From Lachnospiraceae bacterium (lineage in GTDB: Bacteria; Bacillota; Clostridia; Lachnospirales; Lachnospiraceae): a stretch of 64,000 nucleotides of DNA. Shown in pieces: positions 10,868-20,645 of the stretch. The stretch spans positions 5,980 to 69,979 of the forward strand of contig JAFUIR010000008.1 of NCBI GenBank assembly GCA_017468395.1, in the 5' to 3' direction. Each line of letters starts with the position of its first letter. The stretch's first letter is position 1. Made by a program: the position numbers and the translations under genes. The notes under the pieces were generated by a model. It saw nothing but the letters and a program-made list of their open reading frames with translations, ran no database searches and was not told the origin of the DNA.

Positions 10868-12031
10868 ATGAAAAACAAAGTATTGGCAAAGTTTGCAGAA
10901 GTTTTTGGGGATGCGGAAGGTGCAAAAGTGTATTTTGCTCCCGGACGTGTAAATTTGATTGGTGAGCATACCGACTATAACGGCGGTCATGTATTTCCCT
11001 GCGCACTTACCATCGGTACTTACGGTGTGGCAAGAAAAAGAGAAGATAATAAGTTAAGATTTTATTCCATGAACTTTGAAAATTTGGGTGTTATCGAATC
11101 TTCCCTTGACGATTTGAAACCTTATAAAGAGGCGGATTGGACCAATTATCCCAAGGGAGTAATGTGGGCTTTTGGCGAGAAGGGAATGAAGGTACCTTCC
11201 GGCATGGATTTGCTTTTAAACGGTAATATTCCCAACGGTTCCGGTCTTTCTTCTTCTGCTTCCGTGGAAGTGCTCACAGGTGCTATTCTTCGTGATATGT
11301 TCGGTTTTGAAGTAAGCAATCAGGATTTAGCTTTAATCGGACAGTTCTCTGAAAATAAATTTAATGGTGTAAATTGCGGTATCATGGATCAGTTTGCGAT
11401 TGCCATGGGAAAACAGGATAACGCTATTTTCCTTGATACAGCGGATTTATCTTTTGAATATGCGCCCATCAAATTGGAAGGTGCCAAAATTGTGATTGCA
11501 TGCAGCAATAAAAAACGCGGTTTGGGTGATTCAAAATATAACGAAAGACGCAGTGAGTGCGAAGAAGCTCTGGCAGAACTTCAGAAAAAAGTAGACATTA
11601 AAACATTGGGTGACTTAAGCGAAGAAGAGTTTGAATCAGCGAAAGAAGTTATTGCAAGTGATGTCAGAATAAAGCGTGCAAAACATGCTGTGTATGAGAA
11701 CCAGAGAACCATTAAGGCAGTGCAGGCGTTGAAGGAAAATAATATTGCATATTTCGGCCAGCTCATGAATGCATCCCATGTATCACTCCGTGATGATTAT
11801 GAAGTCACCGGTGTGGAACTGGATACTTTGGTTGAAGAAGCGTGGAAAGTGGAAGGTGTTATCGGTTCCCGTATGACCGGTGCGGGTTTTGGCGGATGTA
11901 CGGTAAGCATTGTGAAGGATGAAGCAATTGATAACTTTATTGAAAAAGTAGGTGAAGCATATTTGGCAAAAATCGGCTACGCAGCAGATTTTTATGTGGT
12001 TGAAATCGGCAACGGACCGGTTGTGCTGTAG
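10868..12031 (+). CDS. galK: Galactokinase
   Basis: GRVNLIGEHTDY, PNGSGLSSSA, GSRMTGAGFGGC. Confidence 0.97.
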   Translation: MKNKVLAKFAEVFGDAEGAKVYFAPGRVNLIGEHTDYNGGHVFPCALTIGTYGVARKREDNKLRFYSMNFENLGVIESSLDDLKPYKEADWTNYPKGVMWAFGEKGMKVPSGMDLLLNGNIPNGSGLSSSASVEVLTGAILRDMFGFEVSNQDLALIGQFSENKFNGVNCGIMDQFAIAMGKQDNAIFLDTADLSFEYAPIKLEGAKIVIACSNKKRGLGDSKYNERRSECEEALAELQKKVDIKTLGDLSEEEFESAKEVIASDVRIKRAKHAVYENQRTIKAVQALKENNIAYFGQLMNASHVSLRDDYEVTGVELDTLVEEAWKVEGVIGSRMTGAGFGGCTVSIVKDEAIDNFIEKVGEAYLAKIGYAADFYVVEIGNGPVVL

Positions 12032-12065
12032 CCCGGGTTTTTGATGGAGAGGTGTTAAAGCAATT

Positions 12066-13571
12066 ATGATACAAAATGATATTAAGAAACTGGTTACCTA
12101 TGGTTTGCAGACAGGTCTGGTAGCACCGGAGGATGAAATTTACACAATAAACCGTTTGTTGGAATTATTTGAGTTGGACGGTCTTGAGGAAGAATTTGAA
12201 GAGACAGTATCCGTTCAAGCAGAAGATTTGGAAAATATTTTAAGCAGCATGATGGATTATGCGGTGGAAAAGGGAATTATGGTTGAAGACGGCATCGTAT
12301 ACAGGGATTTGTTTGATACCAAAATCATGAGCGTTCTTATGCCCAGACCCAGCGAGGTAATCAAGACTTTTTGGAGCCTTTATGAGGAAAAGTCTCTGGA
12401 AGCGGCTACTGATTATTATTACAAATTAAGTCAGGATTCTGATTACATCCGCAGATACCGTATTGCAAAAGATATGAAGTGGATAACCAAAACGGCTTAT
12501 GGTGACTTGGATATTACCATAAATCTTTCTAAACCGGAAAAAGACCCCAAGGCCATTGCGGCGGCGAAAAATGCAAAACAGTCCGGTTATCCCAAATGTT
12601 TGCTTTGCGTAGAAAATGAAGGCTACGCCGGAAGAGTAAATCACCCTGCAAGACAAAATCACCGAATTATTCCCGTGACTATCAACGAGAGTAAGTGGGG
12701 ATTTCAATATTCTCCTTATGTATATTATAACGAGCATTGCATTGTGTTCAACAGCCGGCATATACCGATGAAGATTGAGCATGCAACTTTTTGCAAATTA
12801 TTTGATTTTGTAAAACAGTTTCCTCACTACTTTGTGGGTTCCAATGCGGATCTTCCTATTGTAGGTGGTTCCATATTGAGCCATGACCACTTCCAAGGCG
12901 GTCACTATGAATTTGCCATGGCGAAAGCACCTATAGAGAAGGCATTTTCCGTAAAAGGTTTTGAGGATGTTCAGGCAGGAATTGTAAACTGGCCTATGTC
13001 TGTAATCAGACTTAGCGGAGAAAATACAGACAGAATCATTGAACTGGCAGATATGATTTTAAATAAATGGAGAGGTTATACAGATGAAGAGGCATTTATT
13101 TATGCGGAAACTGACGGCGAGCCTCACAACACTATTACCCCTATCGCAAGAAAGCGCGGAGATTTGTACGAACTGGATTTGGTTTTGAGAAATAATATTA
13201 CTACCAAGGAACATCCTTTGGGAGTATATCACCCTCATGCAAAACTTCATCACATCAAGAAAGAAAACATTGGTCTGATTGAAGTTATGGGATTGGCGGT
13301 GCTTCCGGCCCGTCTGAAAGAAGAAATGGCACAACTGAAAAAGGCAATGCTTCAGGGCGCAGACCTGCGTGCTGATGAAGTGCTTGAAAAACATGCTGAC
13401 TGGGTAGAGGAATTTACTGTAAAATACGAGAAAATCGATGCATCAAATATTGATAAAATTGTAGAAGAAGAAATTGGCCTTGTGTTTATGCAGGTACTGG
13501 AAGATGCCGGTGTTTACAAAAGGACAGAGTCAGGCAGACTGGCCTTCGATAGATTTGTAAAGAGTATTTAA
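12066..13571 (+). CDS. galT: Galactose-1-phosphate uridylyltransferase (type II)
   Basis: INLSKPEKDPK, YPKCLLC, SILSHDHFQGG, HHIKKENIGLIEVMG. Confidence 0.96.
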   Translation: MIQNDIKKLVTYGLQTGLVAPEDEIYTINRLLELFELDGLEEEFEETVSVQAEDLENILSSMMDYAVEKGIMVEDGIVYRDLFDTKIMSVLMPRPSEVIKTFWSLYEEKSLEAATDYYYKLSQDSDYIRRYRIAKDMKWITKTAYGDLDITINLSKPEKDPKAIAAAKNAKQSGYPKCLLCVENEGYAGRVNHPARQNHRIIPVTINESKWGFQYSPYVYYNEHCIVFNSRHIPMKIEHATFCKLFDFVKQFPHYFVGSNADLPIVGGSILSHDHFQGGHYEFAMAKAPIEKAFSVKGFEDVQAGIVNWPMSVIRLSGENTDRIIELADMILNKWRGYTDEEAFIYAETDGEPHNTITPIARKRGDLYELDLVLRNNITTKEHPLGVYHPHAKLHHIKKENIGLIEVMGLAVLPARLKEEMAQLKKAMLQGADLRADEVLEKHADWVEEFTVKYEKIDASNIDKIVEEEIGLVFMQVLEDAGVYKRTESGRLAFDRFVKSI

Positions 13572-13579
13572 TAAATGTG

Positions 13580-13729
13580 ATGAATATTCAAAAAGGATAT
13601 TCAACAACTGAGATTGTAGATTTTTTGGAGGAACCGGAAGAAAAAATAAAGCAAATAGCAGGTTTCATTGCTCAAGGACTGGATGATGATGAAATCTGTA
13701 AAAAATATATAGAGGAAAAGAGAGGTTAA
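13580..13729 (+). CDS. Small 49-aa ORF resembling the helical C-terminal tail of Rpn/PD-(D/E)XK-type proteins (not in the ORF track)
   Basis: Hand translation MNIQKGYSTTEIVDFLEEPEEKIKQIAGFIAQGLDDDEICKKYIEEKRG; fills the galT-Dabb gap; no clear RBS. Confidence 0.4.
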   Translation: MNIQKGYSTTEIVDFLEEPEEKIKQIAGFIAQGLDDDEICKKYIEEKRG

Positions 13730-13733
13730 AAAC

Positions 13734-14036
13734 ATGGTATATCACATCGTAATGTGGAATTTCAAAGAAGAAGTAAAAGAGCAGGAACGGGCAGGTCTGA
13801 AAAGAGAAATGGCAACAAATCTCAAGGCGCTTGTGGGCAAGGTACCCGGTCTTCTGTCGGTAGACTTTATCGAAAATCCGGTAAGTTCCAGTACCCATGA
13901 CATGGCACTGTTGACAACTTTTGAAAAAGTGGAAGATATAAAAAATTATGCCGTACATCCGCAGCATGTGTATGTTGCAGATACTTATGTGCGTCCTTAT
14001 ACTTGTGGCCGTGCATGTTTGGACTATGAATTATAG
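13734..14036 (+). CDS. Dabb family stress-responsive A/B barrel protein
   Basis: MVYHIVMWNFK...YAVHPQHV...CLDYE. Confidence 0.9.
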   Translation: MVYHIVMWNFKEEVKEQERAGLKREMATNLKALVGKVPGLLSVDFIENPVSSSTHDMALLTTFEKVEDIKNYAVHPQHVYVADTYVRPYTCGRACLDYEL

Positions 14037-14071
14037 TTGACATAACAAAGAAAAGGCTGTTTTTTAAAGTA

Positions 14072-14099
14072 ACAAAATCCTCTTCACTGACATAGCATA
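14072..14099 (+). promoter_or_regulatory. Sigma-K-like sporulation promoter
   Basis: AC (14072-73), 17-nt spacer, CATAGCATA; matches AC-N17-CATANNNTA. Confidence 0.45.
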
Positions 14100-14125
14100 G
14101 AGTAATCAATGTAGGAGAGTGAAAG

Positions 14126-14839
14126 ATGGCTTTTTGTAGAACAACGATACATGTAGTACAGCCGGGCGACACTTTTTACCGTCTGGCGCAGCGATACCAG
14201 ACTACGGTACCGGAAATTATTATGAAAAATCCCGGGATAAATCCATATAATTTACAAGTAGGTACCAGATTAACCATTTGCAGTGGGCAGGGAAACAATA
14301 CTGCGATGCAGGATGAGGTCCAGTTGAATAATGATATGAGAAAGTCGTGGTTGCAGCATATTTTTTGGGCAAGAATGCTTATGACCAGTTTATTTGAGAA
14401 TCTGGAAGATATGGATGCAGTAGAGGCCAAGACTATGCGAATACCGGAGGATATTGCAGAGGTATTTGTGAGATTTTATCCCAAAGCGCAGATGGAGCAG
14501 TTGACAAGATTGTTGGCAGAGCATACGGATTTGACAAGTCAGATGATGAGCGCCATGAAGTCAGAAGATATGCAAAGAATGGATCAAATGGAGCGTCTGT
14601 GGTATCAGAATGCTGAAAAACTTGCAGCGCTTCTCAGTAGCATGAACAGAGCGTATTCGTATGAAGATTTGTTGCAGTCTTTCGGAAAACATTTGGATAT
14701 GTTAAAAAGACAAATGTCGGCAGCCTTGGATGGAAATCACGAGGAAGAGATTCGGATTTTTGAGGAAAATGAAAACCAGTTAATGGAGTTGGCGGACTAT
14801 TTGACAGAAGGGCTGTTGCAACAGTTTTATAGGTCATAA
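14126..14839 (+). CDS. LysM domain protein with C-terminal helical-bundle domain (probably spore-associated)
   Basis: HVVQPGDTFYRLAQRYQTTVPEIIMKNPGINPYNLQVGTRLTI is a canonical LysM; C-terminal WLQHIFWAR helical domain. Confidence 0.8.
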   Translation: MAFCRTTIHVVQPGDTFYRLAQRYQTTVPEIIMKNPGINPYNLQVGTRLTICSGQGNNTAMQDEVQLNNDMRKSWLQHIFWARMLMTSLFENLEDMDAVEAKTMRIPEDIAEVFVRFYPKAQMEQLTRLLAEHTDLTSQMMSAMKSEDMQRMDQMERLWYQNAEKLAALLSSMNRAYSYEDLLQSFGKHLDMLKRQMSAALDGNHEEEIRIFEENENQLMELADYLTEGLLQQFYRS

Positions 14840-14844
14840 AAAGC

Positions 14845-14883
14845 AGGGGCGGTTACATTTATTGTGTCGCCCCTATCTTTTTT
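14845..14883 (+). terminator. Intrinsic terminator
   Basis: AGGGGCGG...TCGCCCCT followed by a T run. Confidence 0.75.
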
Positions 14884-14938
14884 GCGCAGATACTGGTAAA
14901 ATAATAGGGGTTTAAAATAACGTGAAAAGGTGATAGGG

Positions 14939-15790
14939 ATGAAACTTGCAGTAATCAGTGATGTGCATGGAAATTATAAAGCCTTGGAGGCATTTATTGC
15001 GTATATTGAAAAAGAAAAACCGGATGGAATTATCGGATTGGGAGATTATGTGACTGACAGCCCGTATCCGCAAAGGACGCTGAAAATGCTATATATGTTG
15101 ATGAGAAAGTACCCTTTTTATATGGTCAGGGGAAACAGGGAAGAATACTTAATTCAAAACTACCATGAGCCCCAAGGGTGGAAACCATCATCTGCAAATG
15201 GTGCGTTGTATTATACCGCCATGAACATCACACCGCAAGACATAGATTTCTTTGAGAATTTGAAAATCAGTGAAAAAATAGAGATAGAAGATTATCCCGT
15301 TCTCACAATTTGTCACGGGACACCGGATGACAGTCGTGGTAACTTCTTGACAGATGAGAGTTTGAGAGATAAAACCATGGAAAAATTGGACACGGAATAT
15401 CTTTTGGGCGGACACAGTCATAATCAGGAAGTATATGAGTATTGTGGGAAAGTGTATTTAAATCCGGGGTCTTTGGGAGTAGCCATAGACGGTATCGGCA
15501 GAAGGGCGCAGTTTGCCATGTTATGCGGCGTAGAAAAAGAGGAGAAAAAGGTTTGGGAACCAAAGTTGCTTAGTATCGATTATGATGTGGATGGTTTTCT
15601 TGCAGATTATGCGGGAAGCGGACTGGACGGATATGGGATGGTTTTAACCAGAGCCCTCAAAAAAACACTTCTTACGGGCATAAATTATTTTTATCTGGCT
15701 GTAGTAGAGGCGTGGAAAATATCAGGAAAACCGGTGGCGGAAACACCGGAAGAAGTATGGAACCAAGTAGCGGAAAAGTTGGAGGTCTGA
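14939..15790 (+). CDS. Calcineurin-like metallophosphoesterase
   Basis: ISDVHGN, GLGDYV, VRGNRE, CHG, GGHSH, NPGS. Confidence 0.9.
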   Translation: MKLAVISDVHGNYKALEAFIAYIEKEKPDGIIGLGDYVTDSPYPQRTLKMLYMLMRKYPFYMVRGNREEYLIQNYHEPQGWKPSSANGALYYTAMNITPQDIDFFENLKISEKIEIEDYPVLTICHGTPDDSRGNFLTDESLRDKTMEKLDTEYLLGGHSHNQEVYEYCGKVYLNPGSLGVAIDGIGRRAQFAMLCGVEKEEKKVWEPKLLSIDYDVDGFLADYAGSGLDGYGMVLTRALKKTLLTGINYFYLAVVEAWKISGKPVAETPEEVWNQVAEKLEV

Positions 15791-15791
15791 A

Positions 15792-17537
15792 ATGAAGTTT
15801 TTACTGACGGCAGTAAATGCAAAATACATTCATTCTAATCCTGCAGTGTATAGTTTACGCGGATTTGTGGAAGAAAAAAAGCGTGCCCATGTAGAGATAG
15901 CGGAATATACTATTAATCATCGTTTGGAAGACATTTTGGGCGATATATATAGGCAGAAGCCGGATGTGGTGGCCTTTTCCTGTTATATTTGGAATTGGGA
16001 AATGATTCAGGATATTATTTTAGAACTTAATAAAATACTACCGGAAGTTCCTATTTGGTTGGGAGGACCGGAGGTTTCTTTCGATGCGCCCCAAATTTTA
16101 GAGCGTTTTCCTATGGTAACAGGGATTATGGTGGGGGAAGGTGAGCAGACTTTTTGTGAACTGCTAGAATATTATGTAAACCAAGGAACAAGTCAGAAGG
16201 GATTATTGAATTTACAAGACATTCCCGGTTTGGTGTTACATTCCGGAGCTACAGCAGAAAGAGAAATGACAAGGTTGTCAGAAATTCCTTTTCTGTATCA
16301 TGATATGGCGCCCTTTGAAAATCGTATTATTTATTACGAATCCTCCAGAGGATGTCCTTACAGATGCAGTTATTGCCTTTCTTCTATTGACAAAAAATTG
16401 CGGCTTCGGGATATTGAGATTGTGAAAAAGGAATTGCAGTTTTTCTTGGAACAAAAAGTCCCGCAGGTAAAATTTGTGGACAGGACTTTTAACTGTGACC
16501 ATAATCATGCGATGGCTATCTGGCAATACATTACGGATAATGACAATGGTGTCACAAATTTTCATTTTGAAATTTCTGCAGATATTTTGCGGGCGGATGA
16601 GATAGAATTGCTGGGAAAAATGCGTCCCGGTCTGGTGCAGTTGGAAATCGGTGTACAGACTACCAATCCTCAAACATTGAAGGAAATCCGCAGAAACATG
16701 GATTTGGAAAAATTGGAAACAAATGTAGCGAAAATTCATGAGGGCGGCAATATCCATCAGCACTTGGATTTGATTGCAGGGCTTCCTTATGAAGACTATG
16801 AAAGTTTTAAAAATTCTTTTAACAGGGTTTATAGAATGAAGCCCCAGCAGTTGCAGTTAGGATTTCTCAAGGTACTAAAAGGTTCTTACATGCATGAAAA
16901 GGCAGAAGATTACGGGTTAGTGTACCGATCCAAGCCGCCTTATGAAGTTCTTTATACAAACTGGCTGACATATGGGGATGTTTTACGTTTGAAAAAAATC
17001 GAAGAGATGGTGGAACTATATTATAACAGCAATCAGTTTACCCATACCCTGCCCATCCTTGAGCAGGCCTTTGAAAGTCCTTTTATGCTCTTTGAAAAAC
17101 TGGCTGATTTTTATGAGGAAAAAGGTTACTTTGTAAGTAGTCCTGCCAGAGCCTACCGTTATCAGGTGCTCCTTGATTTTGCCGTAGAAAAAGATGCTTC
17201 GCAGGAAGATTTGTATAAAGAGTCACTGACGTACGATATGTATTTGCGGGAAAATTTGAAAAGCAGACCCGGATTTGCAGCTGATTTGACTGCCCGAAAG
17301 GATGAAATCCGCAGTTTTTATAAAGCGGAGGAAGAAAGCAGAACCTATTTGCCGTCCTATGGCCAATATGATTCAAAGCAACTTTCCAAAATGACCCATT
17401 TAGAAGTGTTTAGGTATCCTGTCTGGGATTCAAACGTAGAAGCAGATGGGCAGACATATTATGTTCTTTTTGATTACCGGGAGAGAAGTCCTTTGACCGG
17501 AGAAGCCCGAACCGTTTTGGTGGAACTGCCGGGATAA
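15792..17537 (+). CDS. B12-binding radical SAM protein (DUF4080-type C-terminus)
   Basis: N-terminal B12-binding Rossmann domain (FSCYIWN, LGGPEVS, GEGE); CPYRCSYC. Confidence 0.9.
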   Translation: MKFLLTAVNAKYIHSNPAVYSLRGFVEEKKRAHVEIAEYTINHRLEDILGDIYRQKPDVVAFSCYIWNWEMIQDIILELNKILPEVPIWLGGPEVSFDAPQILERFPMVTGIMVGEGEQTFCELLEYYVNQGTSQKGLLNLQDIPGLVLHSGATAEREMTRLSEIPFLYHDMAPFENRIIYYESSRGCPYRCSYCLSSIDKKLRLRDIEIVKKELQFFLEQKVPQVKFVDRTFNCDHNHAMAIWQYITDNDNGVTNFHFEISADILRADEIELLGKMRPGLVQLEIGVQTTNPQTLKEIRRNMDLEKLETNVAKIHEGGNIHQHLDLIAGLPYEDYESFKNSFNRVYRMKPQQLQLGFLKVLKGSYMHEKAEDYGLVYRSKPPYEVLYTNWLTYGDVLRLKKIEEMVELYYNSNQFTHTLPILEQAFESPFMLFEKLADFYEEKGYFVSSPARAYRYQVLLDFAVEKDASQEDLYKESLTYDMYLRENLKSRPGFAADLTARKDEIRSFYKAEEESRTYLPSYGQYDSKQLSKMTHLEVFRYPVWDSNVEADGQTYYVLFDYRERSPLTGEARTVLVELPG

Positions 17538-17575
17538 ATGAAATAGGACAAGTGAAACAGAAAGGCACTTATTAT

Positions 17576-18310
17576 ATGAAAAAGACTGACACTTATGTGT
17601 GTATTGATTTAGAAACGACGGGTCTTAATCCCAAGACAGACCGTATCATTGAAATTGGTGCGGTAAAAGTAGAAAACGGAGTAATAACGGATGTTTTTGA
17701 GACCTTTGTTTCCCCCGGAAGAACACTGGAAGAGTATGTAGTGCAACTGACGGGAATTAAAGATGAAGATTTGGAAGGTGCACCGGATATAAAAGAAGTA
17801 TTACCGCAATTTCTGGAATTTGCAGGCGATAAGATATTGCTTGGTCACAGCGTACTTTTTGATTTTTCTTTTGTGAAAAAGGCGGCGGTAAACCAGAAAC
17901 TTAACTTTGAAAGAGAGGGAATAGATACCCTAAAGATTTCCAGAAAATATTTGGCCGGTTTAGAGAGCAGAAGTTTGGGATTTTTGTGTGAGTACTATCA
18001 AATCCCTCATCAGGCACATCGGGCGCTGGAAGACGCGAAAGCCACGGTTACGTTATATGAAAAATTGACACAGCAGTTTTTGAGTAGCGAAACCGAGAAA
18101 GATTTTCAACCCCAAAAACTCATATATCAGGCTAAAAGAGACACTCCTGCCACAAAGGCGCAGATGGAGCGGTTATATAAATTGTTGGAAAAGCATAATA
18201 TTAATAGTGAGGAATTGCCCAAAGGTGTTCCGGCTAAACTTCCCACTAATTTAACCCGCAGTGAGGCTAGCCGTTATACGGATTTGATTCTTGCAAAGTT
18301 CGGACGATAG
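17576..18310 (+). CDS. DEDDh 3'-5' exonuclease (DnaQ/PolC-exo-like) with small C-terminal domain
   Basis: IDLETTG, GHSVLFDFSF, HRALEDA; C-terminal PATKAQ...LTRSEAS. Confidence 0.9.
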   Translation: MKKTDTYVCIDLETTGLNPKTDRIIEIGAVKVENGVITDVFETFVSPGRTLEEYVVQLTGIKDEDLEGAPDIKEVLPQFLEFAGDKILLGHSVLFDFSFVKKAAVNQKLNFEREGIDTLKISRKYLAGLESRSLGFLCEYYQIPHQAHRALEDAKATVTLYEKLTQQFLSSETEKDFQPQKLIYQAKRDTPATKAQMERLYKLLEKHNINSEELPKGVPAKLPTNLTRSEASRYTDLILAKFGR

Positions 18311-18884
18311 AATTTTTTAGGGCGGAATTTAAAGTACCCGCAACGTCTATAAGATGCTGGATTTTCTCGGGCTGCTCCTTTTGTTTGTAAATATCCGCAA
18401 GAAGGTAATAACTTTTGCTGACATCGGTTTTGGTGGAAATGGCAAACTCCAAAATAGTCTGTGTTTCGTCCACATATCCGTTTTCGTAAAGGACAACGGC
18501 CCATTTTTGCAGGGTGCGTGCCAACAGGGTATAGTTTTGGTCGTATTCCGTGAGCAAATTAATATTGGGAGCGCCGTACATCAGCTTCAAGTCGGTGTTG
18601 GAAATGCCGGTAAAATTCACAATCTTCTGGGAACAAAGTTCCTGAAGAATTTGCAGGCAATCGGCAACGGTTTCATCTTCCGGCATAAGGTTTGTGGGAA
18701 AAGTATCCAGGGGAATGGAGATATATTCCAAATCATCCAGCGATTTCCGGCGGACGTTGTTGGCCTCCCGCTCCTTGGCCCAGAAGGATTTTTCCTGATT
18801 ATTATGCATTTTTTTGTGCTTTTTGTTCTCGTAGGCGATAAGTCCGCAAAAGAGAATTAAACTTGCCAAAACTAGAGGTTTCAT
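18267..18884 (-). CDS. Hypothetical protein with N-terminal membrane anchor
   Basis: 205-aa ORF with normal composition; 3' end overlaps the exonuclease 3' end by 44 nt. Confidence 0.75.
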   Translation of the reverse strand: MKPLVLASLILFCGLIAYENKKHKKMHNNQEKSFWAKEREANNVRRKSLDDLEYISIPLDTFPTNLMPEDETVADCLQILQELCSQKIVNFTGISNTDLKLMYGAPNINLLTEYDQNYTLLARTLQKWAVVLYENGYVDETQTILEFAISTKTDVSKSYYLLADIYKQKEQPEKIQHLIDVAGTLNSALKNSIVRTLQESNPYNG

Positions 18885-18947
18885 ATATAATATCCTTTCA
18901 GTAGTTTTTGTTTTGGTTGGTTTTAATTTAGAAAGGTTGGTACCGAA

Positions 18948-19052
18948 ATGTTTAATATGAATAATAAAAAAACCAAACGTATTGCATCTGCGATTCTTGT
19001 CTTGTTTTTAGTGCTTGCAATGATTGTTCCTATGTTAAGTTACATTATAATA
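18948..19052 (+). CDS. Small single-TM membrane peptide (34 aa; DUF4044-like; not in the ORF track)
   Basis: RBS GAAAGG; MFNMNNKKTKRIASAILVLFLVLAMIVPMLSYII has a basic N-terminus followed by a hydrophobic helix. Confidence 0.65.
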
Positions 19053-19106
19053 TAAGAAAAATCTTCTGTAAATGGAAGTGCAATCAGATTGTGAAAGGAT
19101 TATAGA

Positions 19107-20585
19107 ATGAAAAAAAGCAATTTCCGATTTAAGGCCCTTATGTTATCTGTGGCCTTTAGTGGATTGCTTCTGTCTGTGACGGAAGTGCAGGCGAAAGATG
19201 AAGAGCAGTTAAAGAACGGAATTCAGGTTGGTGTGACACAGGAAGAGGGGATTTTGGACCTGTCCGGCATGACTGCTATGGAAGCGGAAAATACTATCAC
19301 CGATTATGTAGATAGTTTAAAAGAAAAAGAATTGATTTTCATTACCAGTGGCGGAAATAAGATTAGCACTACCGCCGGAACGCTGGGGCTGTCGTGGGGG
19401 AATCCTGAAATTATTGAAGAGGCGTTGACTTTAGGAAAAAACGGCAATGTTATCCAGCGCTATAAATTATTAAAAGACTTAGAATACGACAAAAAAGTTT
19501 TTGTCTTGGAACTTGACGCAGATAAGGAAGAAATTCTCTCGTTTTTGAACGAACAGTGTACCGGTTATGATGTGGAAGCAGTCAATTTTTCTTTGATAAA
19601 AGAGGGAGATGCTTTTAGCGTTGTGGACGGCAGGCCGGGAGCGGTGCTGAATATAGAATCTTCGGTGGAACTTGTCTATGATTTTTTGACCGGAGAGTGG
19701 AATCATGAAGAGACAGAAATTGCGTTGGATGTTACAACGCTGGAACCTAAAGGAAGTGCGGAGGAACTGGCCCGGGTAAAAGATGTGTTGGGAACTTTTT
19801 CTACATCATTTGCAACTTCCAGTGCTAACAGGCAGGGAAATATTAAAGTGGGAAGTTCCAAAATGAGCGGAATGACTTTGTATCCCGGGGAAGAATTTTC
19901 TGCCATAGAAGCCGGTGGACCGTTTGGAGAAAGTAACGGATACTTACAGGCAGGTGCCTTTTTAAACGGCAGAGTAGTGGATAGTTTTGGCGGTGGTATC
20001 TGTCAGGTTACCACGACCTTGTATAATGCGGTGCTCCGGGCGGAACTGGATGTGACCATGCGTTATAACCACTCCATGGTGGTAAGTTATGTAGAACCTG
20101 CAGAGGATGCGGCCATAGCATCTTCCGCCGGAAAAGATTTTAAGTTTGTAAATAATACAGAATATCCCATTTATATAGATGCTTACACCACAGATGATAA
20201 ACAATTGGTCTACAGTATCTATGGTGTGGAGACCAGAAATCCTTCCAGAACCGTGGAATATGTGACAGAGATTTTGGAAACTATAGAGCCTGCCGCAGAA
20301 AAGGTTTATGCAGATGATACGAAGCATTTGGGCTACATTAATGTAGATTCTGCCCACACCGGCTACAAATCAAAATTGTGGAAAGTGGTAAAAGAAGACG
20401 GTGTGGAAGTAAGCAGGGAATTGATAAATAAAAGCAATTATAAAATGGTGCCCAGAACGGCAACAGTAGGTGTTGTCACAAGCGACCCGAATGCGTATAA
20501 TGAGATTGTGGCAGCCGTTGGCACCCAGAATATCCAACATGTGAAAAATGTAATTGCCATATTAACTGCTCCGCCTGCAAATTAG
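19107..20585 (+). CDS. VanW family cell-wall protein (PG-binding_4 + VanW + G5-like)
   Basis: Signal peptide; GGGICQVTTTLYNAVLRAEL, RYNHS, DAAIA, DFKFVNN. Confidence 0.9.
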   Translation: MKKSNFRFKALMLSVAFSGLLLSVTEVQAKDEEQLKNGIQVGVTQEEGILDLSGMTAMEAENTITDYVDSLKEKELIFITSGGNKISTTAGTLGLSWGNPEIIEEALTLGKNGNVIQRYKLLKDLEYDKKVFVLELDADKEEILSFLNEQCTGYDVEAVNFSLIKEGDAFSVVDGRPGAVLNIESSVELVYDFLTGEWNHEETEIALDVTTLEPKGSAEELARVKDVLGTFSTSFATSSANRQGNIKVGSSKMSGMTLYPGEEFSAIEAGGPFGESNGYLQAGAFLNGRVVDSFGGGICQVTTTLYNAVLRAELDVTMRYNHSMVVSYVEPAEDAAIASSAGKDFKFVNNTEYPIYIDAYTTDDKQLVYSIYGVETRNPSRTVEYVTEILETIEPAAEKVYADDTKHLGYINVDSAHTGYKSKLWKVVKEDGVEVSRELINKSNYKMVPRTATVGVVTSDPNAYNEIVAAVGTQNIQHVKNVIAILTAPPAN

Positions 20586-20645
20586 GAACCCCGGCAGTAA
20601 GAGGTACAGAAAGGTATCGCATCGGTAATGCGGTAAGAACGGAAT

